Positions 16,402 through 23,695 of a stretch of DNA of 26,363 nucleotides are shown here, in pieces. Under the pieces are notes generated by a model. The model saw only the letters and a program-made list of their open reading frames with translations, made no database searches and was not told the origin of the DNA. Position 1 is the stretch's first letter. Each line of letters starts with the position of its first letter. The stretch is from a virus (lineage: Duplodnaviria; Caudoviricetes), in the IMG/VR virus record IMGVR_UViG_3300020381_000037, positions 1-26,363 of that record, one strand, 5' to 3'. Made by a program: the position numbers and the translations under genes.

Positions 16402-16419
16402 ATTAAAACTAGTTTTAAT
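16402..16419. repeat. Perfect 18-bp palindrome ATTAAAACTAGTTTTAAT in a divergent intergenic region
   Basis: The sequence equals its own reverse complement and lies 7 nt upstream of the minus-strand GATAAATA box. Confidence 0.9.
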
Positions 16420-16452
16420 AAACCACTTTTTGAGCCATTGTTATACCTACAA

Positions 16453-16470
16453 GATAAGTACAATTAGGAG
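16453..16470 (+). promoter_or_regulatory. Putative late promoter variant GATAAGTA plus CAATTAGGAG leader for the plus-strand cassette
   Basis: GATAAGTACAATTAGGAG is 17/18 identical to GATAAATACAATTAGGAG on the minus strand at 23583-23566. Confidence 0.55.
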
Positions 16471-16487
16471 CAACTTGCAAAAGTTGT
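16470..16487 (+). other. Leader hairpin with GNRA tetraloop
   Basis: G-CAACTT-GCAA-AAGTTG-T forms 6 Watson-Crick pairs plus a G-U pair around a GCAA loop. Confidence 0.45.
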
Positions 16488-16515
16488 GTGTTTCACATTA
16501 ATATAAGGTAAATTA

Positions 16516-16803
16516 ATGAAAAATGTTTTAGAACGATTTGATAAAATCGTACAATTGGCGTACTCGACTAACAAGGCTATTCAAGCCAAAGGGTACGACG
16601 AATCTGGTGCTGTAGGTTATGGCCCAAGATTTAGAAAAATGCTACACAAAAATGGCAAACGGGTACATTCATTAGGGATATACGATTATTTTACAAAAAA
16701 GTATGTTCTTTTTGAAATGGTTAATATGGTAGGGCAAAAAGACAAAATTCCAGTTGAATTTGCTCAAATGGAGAAACTCGTTAAGGATGCCGATATCGGA
16801 TAG
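16516..16803 (+). CDS. Hypothetical basic protein, 95 aa
   Basis: ATG preceded by TAAGGT (16504-16509). It fills the gap and overlaps the next gene. No family recognised. Confidence 0.75.
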   Translation: MKNVLERFDKIVQLAYSTNKAIQAKGYDESGAVGYGPRFRKMLHKNGKRVHSLGIYDYFTKKYVLFEMVNMVGQKDKIPVEFAQMEKLVKDADIG

Positions 16804-17434
16804 TAAAAATATTGTTTTCGTTCACGGCAGTGGACAAAGTCACCTCAGTTACAACTTCTTAAAATTATGGATGCCGGAGCATAATGATGTATGTTTGGAT
16901 TATAATACACAAGAAGACCCTGCAACTATAATAAAAAGATTCAAATTTATATTGGATCAAACGTTTGATGGTGACCCTATTAATATTATTGCACACAGTT
17001 ATGGTTGTTTATTATCAAGTTTATTAGCAAATGAATATGAAAACGTAGAAAGTATGATAGCACTTTCTGGTCCATGGGCAGGTAGTAGAGCCGCAAAATG
17101 GTTACACATGGTCTTTAGAGAAAGTGGACTATTTCAACATACTAAACCAGGAAGTAATCTTTTAGATGCTATATCTAAATTAAAGTTGGATTTTCCGATA
17201 AGTAATATTGTATCCACTGGTACAAGTTCATCAGCAAATGCATTAGCAGGATTAGGATCAACACCTAATGATGGTTTACTAACATTGGAAACACAAAGAG
17301 CAATACCCGAAGGGTTTACAAATTGTGAAACTGTAGAAAAAGAAGTTAGTCATAATGAATTGTTGATGTCAATGGAAATTGTTGAATTTATAAGAGACAA
17401 AATATTTAATGAAACAGAACACGAGACTGAATAA
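16787..17434 (+). CDS. Alpha/beta-hydrolase (lipase/esterase-like)
   Basis: Has an oxyanion motif IVFVHGSG, nucleophile elbow IIAHSYGCL, PWAGS, acid motif PNDGLL and catalytic His VSHNELL, in canonical Ser-Asp-His order. The ATG at 16787 is preferred over the TTG at 16754, but the start is uncertain. Confidence 0.85.
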   Translation: MPISDSKNIVFVHGSGQSHLSYNFLKLWMPEHNDVCLDYNTQEDPATIIKRFKFILDQTFDGDPINIIAHSYGCLLSSLLANEYENVESMIALSGPWAGSRAAKWLHMVFRESGLFQHTKPGSNLLDAISKLKLDFPISNIVSTGTSSSANALAGLGSTPNDGLLTLETQRAIPEGFTNCETVEKEVSHNELLMSMEIVEFIRDKIFNETEHETE

Positions 17435-17624
17435 CAGTCAAGAAGAAAACTTAAGAATTAAATTAGTAGAGAGTAACAATAAATTAATAAGTCTTACGGC
17501 TCATATTAGTACATTAGAAAGAATGGTTAAAGAAGAGCAAGACGGAAAGTATGAAGCATACAAACGAATACATGCTTTGAATACTGAAGTTACTGAATTA
17601 AAAAAATTACTTGCTACTGATTAG
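17409..17624 (+). CDS. Small coiled-coil hypothetical protein, 71 aa
   Basis: Heptad-like L/I spacing (LRIKLVESNNKLISLTAHISTLERMVKEEQ...IHALNTEVTELKKLL). It overlaps the hydrolase 3' end and exactly fills the gap up to the gp5-like stop. Confidence 0.7.
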   Translation: MKQNTRLNNSQEENLRIKLVESNNKLISLTAHISTLERMVKEEQDGKYEAYKRIHALNTEVTELKKLLATD

Positions 17625-20110
17625 TAATTCATTCTTGGAGGCGGCATACCTTCTGATGCAAAGTATTCATATTGCTTACGTCTAATACGTTGTGCTAAAA
17701 TACCAAAACCTAGACCTACTGCATTTGGCGTTTCACGTTCAAGGTCATACATATCAGGCATACCAAATAATGTACCTTCAAATATACGTCTTTGTTTTAA
17801 TGTTGGTCTGTACACACTATTAGTAATCCACTTTTGCATTAAGTTTGGAATAAGTCTGTTATCTGATCCATTCAATAGTGCATGTTTTACTTCACTGTTT
17901 AAAAAGTTACTACTACCAATATTATTGCCAAACAACACAGTAGCCAACATGGCATTTTTATTCAAGGAAGAACCTCCTAATGCACCTGCTAAAAATTTTC
18001 CTGAATTACTAAGTCCTGCACCTGCTAATTTTTTACTAACGTCGTTGGTCATTTGATATTCTATATTGTGTATGATAGTATCTTTAGTTCCCATAACTTT
18101 GAAACTTTCTTTGGAACCTGCAAGTCTTTCTAATCCATAACGTGTTAAGTCTTGACCAACACTATTCTTTATAATGTCTGTGTATTCGCTGGCTGGTTTG
18201 TTCATGCCTGGAACTTTAAATGCACTTTGTGGATCTATGATTTTACCATCACCAAATAAAGTTGCTCCGGCATCTACTTCATTTCTGTCTAACACATGAC
18301 CAAAACCAAGTACTTTATCTCCACTGGAGTTTATCATTGGAATTGGCAAAGGATTTCCGCCTGCCGCTACAACTTGTGCTCCTGCATCAGCCATTCCGTT
18401 TTTATCCATATTACCCATTGCTTGTGATACTGCTGTTGGCTGTGCTTTAAATCTAGATTTATTATACTGTGGTGTTGCACCTGGAACAGGTGCTGGAGTA
18501 AATCCTGTACCAATATCTATACTACCATCCGGTTGTGGAACTGTGGCTGGAGCCGGGTCATTTTGTGTTATAGCATTAGTAGGTGTATTTTTTGTAACAC
18601 TATCTTTGGATTCCATTTTTGCAGGATTTTGTGCTAATGCAGATTGAGTAGCATGACCTACCCAAGGTTCTCTGGTTGGCACAACCTCCAATATACTCTT
18701 GAAGTCTTCTCCTTGCCCTTCACGTTCTCCGTCTGAGGGCAGTGGGTTACCTTCTCCTGGATTTTTCTCATCGTATTCAAATGCTGGTAGTTCTTCTGAT
18801 ACATCTGTGTATTCTATTTCAGGTATGGCATCAACTGCCTTGGATTCTTTAGCCGCTTCAGACCCACCACCATTGTTTAAGTTTACATTTGATCCTAGTA
18901 CATTATTATTAGCACCTGCTTGTGAATTTATTTCTCCAGTGGCATTTTCCATAAGTTCTGAACCACTAATAACATGTTTGTTTTTAACTTTAATATGTCC
19001 GTCACCACCTGATTCAATAGTATGTTCAACCAATGCTCTGGAACTAATTAAATTTTCGACATCTAAGTGACTATCGTGTCCTGCTTTTGTTTTAATATCA
19101 TTACCTGCATTTATTTGTATGTCTCCTGTTTTTTCAGAATATACACCAGCATTTATATTAACACCGAAGCCGCCTTCTAAGTTTAAATATTCATCTGCTC
19201 TTACATTAATATTTTTACTTGCTCTCATGTTGATGCTTTCATCACTGAATACATGTATGCTTCCATTTTCTGCAAGTTCAACCCAAGCAGTACCTCTACT
19301 GTTAATAACATAGATAATACCATTAGTATCATCCATTAATATTTGATTACCTAATGCTGTTCTTAAACGTATGTGTCTTTGTTCAAGATTATCATCCATA
19401 ACAAACTGGTGTCCACCTCGTCTGTTAGTACCATCTTTCTTACCTGTTACAAGGCTTGGCTCTTCTGGGCCAGGTGTTAAAATACCAAATACTTGTGAAG
19501 GACTTTCTCTTCTCGCACCAGCAGTTGTTATACCTCTGATAGGGTCATTTATTAATCCTTGGTCTAATATAGATTTTGTTAAAATGTGATGTAAAGGTCT
19601 TTGTGCATCTTTACCGTGACTTGGATCTTCTTCTCTTTTGTTCTTTTCTGCAACTGGTAAAGGCAAACTACTACCATATGTAGTTCCTGAAGGAATACCT
19701 GGTACCATGTTTTGCATTTGGTCTGGAAACAAGCAACCTATAATTATTGGAAATTTTTTCTTACCATCACCAAATATAACTAAAACAAAATTACCTGGGT
19801 CTGGTGGTACCATCCACATACCATAAGTTTTTATTGTTTCATCATAACTCTTTACATTTTCTCCTATTTTTTCTGTAGGAGTACTACCTGCAAAAGGAGA
19901 ACTCCAATAACAGTTAAAATATCCAGTAGGATCGTTTCTGTCTTTTGCCAACATAGGAATGAATACTGTTATACGACCACTATGTGTATCATCTTTAGGT
20001 CTAACAATTACTTCACCCACATAGATACCATGATCCAGTTCGGCATTTTCCCTCATTTTTTCTGTAGGGTTTTGTCGTCTATGTTTAAATAAATCTGGTC
20101 TATAACCCAT
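17621..20110 (-). CDS. Baseplate central spike/hub, gp5/VgrG-like, with a C-terminal degenerate GH24 lysozyme-like domain
   Basis: N-terminal OB-fold (GIYVGEV...SGRITVFIP...YGMWMVPPDPGNFVLVIFGDG...PIIIGC) followed by beta-helix-like repeats (GHQFVMDD...GNQILMDD...AWVELAENGSIHVFS...INMRA...INVRA). The C-terminus has VLGFGH and FGNNIGSSNFLNS...KW...LKQRRIFEGTLF. Confidence 0.85.
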   Translation of the reverse strand: MGYRPDLFKHRRQNPTEKMRENAELDHGIYVGEVIVRPKDDTHSGRITVFIPMLAKDRNDPTGYFNCYWSSPFAGSTPTEKIGENVKSYDETIKTYGMWMVPPDPGNFVLVIFGDGKKKFPIIIGCLFPDQMQNMVPGIPSGTTYGSSLPLPVAEKNKREEDPSHGKDAQRPLHHILTKSILDQGLINDPIRGITTAGARRESPSQVFGILTPGPEEPSLVTGKKDGTNRRGGHQFVMDDNLEQRHIRLRTALGNQILMDDTNGIIYVINSRGTAWVELAENGSIHVFSDESINMRASKNINVRADEYLNLEGGFGVNINAGVYSEKTGDIQINAGNDIKTKAGHDSHLDVENLISSRALVEHTIESGGDGHIKVKNKHVISGSELMENATGEINSQAGANNNVLGSNVNLNNGGGSEAAKESKAVDAIPEIEYTDVSEELPAFEYDEKNPGEGNPLPSDGEREGQGEDFKSILEVVPTREPWVGHATQSALAQNPAKMESKDSVTKNTPTNAITQNDPAPATVPQPDGSIDIGTGFTPAPVPGATPQYNKSRFKAQPTAVSQAMGNMDKNGMADAGAQVVAAGGNPLPIPMINSSGDKVLGFGHVLDRNEVDAGATLFGDGKIIDPQSAFKVPGMNKPASEYTDIIKNSVGQDLTRYGLERLAGSKESFKVMGTKDTIIHNIEYQMTNDVSKKLAGAGLSNSGKFLAGALGGSSLNKNAMLATVLFGNNIGSSNFLNSEVKHALLNGSDNRLIPNLMQKWITNSVYRPTLKQRRIFEGTLFGMPDMYDLERETPNAVGLGFGILAQRIRRKQYEYFASEGMPPPRMNY

Positions 20111-22515
20111 TAGTCATTTCCTCCGCCATAATTCACACCATCGCCTGTAAGTTTAAACTTACTTAACGGAACACTTGTTAATTTTGGTGCTTTATCGAAA
20201 TCTACTGTGAACATACCACCATTAAAATTACAAGACACACTTACTATTCTGTATATGCCACTGATAAAATATGCCGTTCCGGCTTGTGACATATAACCTG
20301 TGTTAGCATCCTCGTCTGTATAATCAGGGTCTCTAACACGTGGTGTTTGCATTGTAAACAAAAAGAAATTATCCGAATTAGAGTTATATACCATTCCTTC
20401 TTCTTTCTTTTCTTCTTGCTGATTATATTCTTCTAAGCCACTCATTTTCTTTGTAGGTTTCCTTGCATCCAGATAACTAATTTGTTGTCCTAAGAAATAT
20501 GGGTCACCTCTTACTTTTAGTCCTAAGTCTATCAATATAGAAGTATCATTTATGTTGTTGTACATGTAACCAAACAAAGTTGCGGCTGGCGTACCATCAC
20601 TAGTATCTCCGCTTGTGGAAACAATGCTAGGACCAAACATAACTGATTCTTTGGGCTCTACACTATTTTCGCCACTGTCTGCGGCATTTTTAACAGCCGT
20701 TGTTGAATTCTTTGCTCTTTGTTTTTGTGCATAGGAACTTAACTCACCTATTATTATCTCACTACCGCCTTCATCGTCTATTAGGTCAGCACTATATATG
20801 TATCCACTTCCTTCTGGTTTATAGGAAGTATCGATATCCTGTGTACCACTACTACCACTTGTTTGATTTCCTGTTGGTTGTTTTCCGTAGTTTGTGAATG
20901 CTATTGCTCTTGCGGCGGCATTACGTCTTTCTTTGTCTTCCAAAAATTCCTTCATTTGTTTATTGTCATATCCTAAATCTTGTTGCAATTGGTCTCTGAA
21001 GTTACCATTTTTAATTTGTCTGTCAAAATCACTTTGTGCCGCGGCTATTTTGGCTTTATCATCTAGTCCTGATAAATCTTTATCTGGAGGAATATTAGCA
21101 CTTGGACTATTTGGGTTTTGTGATAAGTCTCCTAATTTACCAGCACCAGGTGGTGCTAGTAAAACTTGTCCTGCATTATATTGAATGTCAGCACTTAATA
21201 CTTGGTCATTTAATCCTGTGTACAAATAATGATATGCTTTTTTTATTTTTAAATTTTGAACATGTCTTTTAACTTGTTCTTCATTAGACTTTTCTTCGCC
21301 TACACTAATTGTAGCCTTATCATTTCTTGTTTCATATATTATTGGTGTGTATGTAATTTTTTTAGCATACTTGTTTCTTCTTTCATCAAATTCTAAATAT
21401 TCTATATGTGCTTCTATCTTATACCATTTGGTAAATGTTTGGTTTAGGTCTAAACCTGATTCATCTATTACTGGATCTCTGAATGCTTTTTTTCTACTAA
21501 TTGAATCTAGGAAACTGTCATTCATCACAAGCATAGTTGTAAAGAACTGATTCATACTTGTTCCTTCTTTAATATTAATTTGCTGTTCTGTACCCCAACC
21601 TGCACTTTCAACTGTTATACCACCGTCTAAACTTTCAGGATTGTCTTCTAATGCTTTATCAAAATCTTCTTTGGTTTTGATACCTTTTGATTCTGCATTA
21701 ATTAATCTGTTTACTTGCTCTGCCGCATTTCTGTTATCTCTATTACTGCCATCAACTAAACTGGTATTTCCTAATTCATTTTTTAGTTGAGATAAGTCGA
21801 ATACTATTTCATCATGTATAAGTTCTTCTTTGAGATTGTCTTCTTTAAACTTCTTAATATTATCTTCTAAATTTTGTGTCATCTGTTCAATTGTTTTACC
21901 TTGAACATACATATCCTTAGGAACTTTAAAATTAAAATCTGCATAGGCTTCACTTGCTCCTATAGGACATTCAAACTCATATATACTTCCTGTGTCGTCT
22001 ATTGCAATAGAAACTTTTGCTATTTTTAATTCAAAAATGTATGGTCCTGATATATTAATAGGCTTACCACCTTTGTCAGGGTCATTGCCATCGTCATCTT
22101 CGTAACCTTTAAATTCTACTGCTAAAAACATAGGCACATCAGCATACATATAATGTCCTAAATAATGTTTAGCAACTTGTATTTGGTCTAGCAAGTCTGC
22201 GGCACCAGGTTGTATTAAAGTAAAAGACGCTCTAACGGCTGTACTGTTTCCTGTGTTAGGCCCTTGAACAAACTCTATGCTTAAATTATCTAATTGTACA
22301 CCTGTTACTGATGTTTGTGCAATAACAACTGTGTCCTCTGGCTTAGCCGCTTTGGCTCCACGCATCCAACCACCACCGTCGGCAGTTTTTGCTTTTATCA
22401 TGTAAAGTTTTAAATTGTAACTGCTATTTTGATAGACATCTAATATATTACCTTGGACTTCTCCAATGTATCTGTCTTCTCTAAATACTGTAGGCTTTTT
22501 TTGTTTTTTTGCCAT
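20110..22515 (-). CDS. Putative baseplate hub protein (gp27/GpD-like), 801 aa
   Basis: Lies between the LysM/gp53 and gp5 genes. The C-terminal LKVRGDPYFLG...SGIYRIVSVSCNFNGGMFT resembles the G-D-P...G-x-Y-x-I-x-x-V-x-H-x-F hub motif. Confidence 0.6.
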   Translation of the reverse strand: MAKKQKKPTVFREDRYIGEVQGNILDVYQNSSYNLKLYMIKAKTADGGGWMRGAKAAKPEDTVVIAQTSVTGVQLDNLSIEFVQGPNTGNSTAVRASFTLIQPGAADLLDQIQVAKHYLGHYMYADVPMFLAVEFKGYEDDDGNDPDKGGKPINISGPYIFELKIAKVSIAIDDTGSIYEFECPIGASEAYADFNFKVPKDMYVQGKTIEQMTQNLEDNIKKFKEDNLKEELIHDEIVFDLSQLKNELGNTSLVDGSNRDNRNAAEQVNRLINAESKGIKTKEDFDKALEDNPESLDGGITVESAGWGTEQQINIKEGTSMNQFFTTMLVMNDSFLDSISRKKAFRDPVIDESGLDLNQTFTKWYKIEAHIEYLEFDERRNKYAKKITYTPIIYETRNDKATISVGEEKSNEEQVKRHVQNLKIKKAYHYLYTGLNDQVLSADIQYNAGQVLLAPPGAGKLGDLSQNPNSPSANIPPDKDLSGLDDKAKIAAAQSDFDRQIKNGNFRDQLQQDLGYDNKQMKEFLEDKERRNAAARAIAFTNYGKQPTGNQTSGSSGTQDIDTSYKPEGSGYIYSADLIDDEGGSEIIIGELSSYAQKQRAKNSTTAVKNAADSGENSVEPKESVMFGPSIVSTSGDTSDGTPAATLFGYMYNNINDTSILIDLGLKVRGDPYFLGQQISYLDARKPTKKMSGLEEYNQQEEKKEEGMVYNSNSDNFFLFTMQTPRVRDPDYTDEDANTGYMSQAGTAYFISGIYRIVSVSCNFNGGMFTVDFDKAPKLTSVPLSKFKLTGDGVNYGGGND

Positions 22516-22814
22516 TATCCAATAATCCTATCAATAGTCTCTTTCGTTGGTATGCGTATAACCTTGCCAGATGTAAAATCTTCTAATGGGTCTATTAACA
22601 AATCTGGATTTCTTAATGCAAACACCCACCATAAATTGGACGAGCCATATCTATCATATGCTAGTAAGTCCGGTCTATTCGCGTACTTTGATTCTATTGT
22701 ATAGGTATCATCGGATATAGATTTTGGTACTGATGGTAATTGATTAAGATCCAAGTAAAAATCGTTTACTTTGGCATTTCGTAAAAAACTGTCATTTGAA
22801 TGAAAACTAGCCAT
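22515..22814 (-). CDS. Baseplate wedge protein, gp53-like (LysM fold), 99 aa
   Basis: RPDLLAYDRYGSSNLWWVFALRN...DPLEDFTSGKVIRIP is the gp53/LysM-like signature. Confidence 0.85.
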   Translation of the reverse strand: MASFHSNDSFLRNAKVNDFYLDLNQLPSVPKSISDDTYTIESKYANRPDLLAYDRYGSSNLWWVFALRNPDLLIDPLEDFTSGKVIRIPTKETIDRIIG

Positions 22815-23557
22815 TAAATAAATCCGTCCTTATATCCCTTACCACTTGAAAATCTTTGTAAGTCAAATCTTTTTCTAAGTTTCTTATATGTGTACTGTGG
22901 TGCCATCTCAATCATGATGTCTGTTTCAACGGGCATATATGTTGTTGTATTCTTGTATTTAACTGGCACATAGTCTACGCCATCAGGTAATTGGAAGTTG
23001 TATGAACGTATAATCACAGGAACTTTATTGAAACCAAATTCTCCCATGTATTCAAACAACAATACAGGAGGTGGAGTACCAAAAGTACCTGCTTCAACAC
23101 TTGCATCTCCAAAAAACCCTTTTGTGATGGTTCTTAAAAATTGGAATATTGCTAATAAGTATTGTGCTTCTTCCAATGTGTTTGCAGTCCAACTACCTTG
23201 TAATGGTAATGTTGGAGGTCTGCTATTAATGTATGTGTAAAATGGATAGTTCGATCCATGTTGTGCCGCTTCATTGTAGTCGACACTTGCCTGTAAATAT
23301 AAGTTTGGTGTATATGGAAATACTATACCGCCTCTATCTTTAAGAGGTTGTAGTACAGAATCTTGCTTATTGCCTTTATTGTCTACTAGTCCATATGCCC
23401 AGTCCTCGCCACCTTTTTTGGGTCTAATTCTTGCTCTCCAATCTCTATCTTTAAAATTGGTTCTATCATCAGTATCCGCACTTATTTGAGTGGTGTCAGC
23501 CGGGTTGACTCCTGAGTAGTTTGTTAAAGTTGAATAAAAGTTTTCATTATCAGCCAT
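22814..23557 (-). CDS. Putative baseplate tail-tube initiator/cap (gp48/gp54-like tube-fold protein), 247 aa
   Basis: Contains GIVFPYTP, GTPPPVLLFEYMG and VPVIIRSYNFQLPDGVDYVP. It has an AGGAGA SD and is the first gene of the baseplate operon, upstream of the LysM gene as in contractile-tail loci. Confidence 0.6.
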   Translation of the reverse strand: MADNENFYSTLTNYSGVNPADTTQISADTDDRTNFKDRDWRARIRPKKGGEDWAYGLVDNKGNKQDSVLQPLKDRGGIVFPYTPNLYLQASVDYNEAAQHGSNYPFYTYINSRPPTLPLQGSWTANTLEEAQYLLAIFQFLRTITKGFFGDASVEAGTFGTPPPVLLFEYMGEFGFNKVPVIIRSYNFQLPDGVDYVPVKYKNTTTYMPVETDIMIEMAPQYTYKKLRKRFDLQRFSSGKGYKDGFI

Positions 23558-23575
23558 TCTTATATCTCCTAATTG

Positions 23576-23593
23576 TATTTATCATGATAAATA
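23576..23593. promoter_or_regulatory. Perfect 18-bp palindrome TATTTATCATGATAAATA, equal to two back-to-back GATAAATA late-promoter-like boxes
   Basis: The minus-strand box at 23583-23576 is followed by CAATT-AGGAGA-7 nt-ATG(23557). The plus-strand box at 23586-23593 faces the sigma factor gene. Confidence 0.7.
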
Positions 23594-23632
23594 AAAACAT
23601 ACTTTAATTATTATCATGATTTTACAATTAAG

Positions 23633-23660
23633 TTGACAAACACTTGTAAATGTGTATAAT
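23633..23660 (+). promoter_or_regulatory. Sigma70-type promoter for the gp55-gp47-gp46 operon
   Basis: Perfect TTGACA (23633-23638), 16-bp spacer, perfect TATAAT (23655-23660). A GAGGAG SD at 23685-23690 precedes ATG 23696. Confidence 0.8.
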
Positions 23661-23695
23661 ACAATATAAACGAACGATAGTTTTGAGGAGAAAAA

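Noticed and set aside
17197-17204. Second GATAAGTA inside the hydrolase gene as an internal promoter
   Set aside because: It lacks the shared downstream leader and the upstream element. GATAAGT-like words occur elsewhere in coding DNA, so chance is sufficient.
11586-23557. Bacterial contractile injection system (eCIS/T6SS/tailocin) interpretation
   Set aside because: The adjacent gp55-gp47-gp46 operon, the late-promoter boxes and the absence of any host genes point to a lytic T4-related phage.
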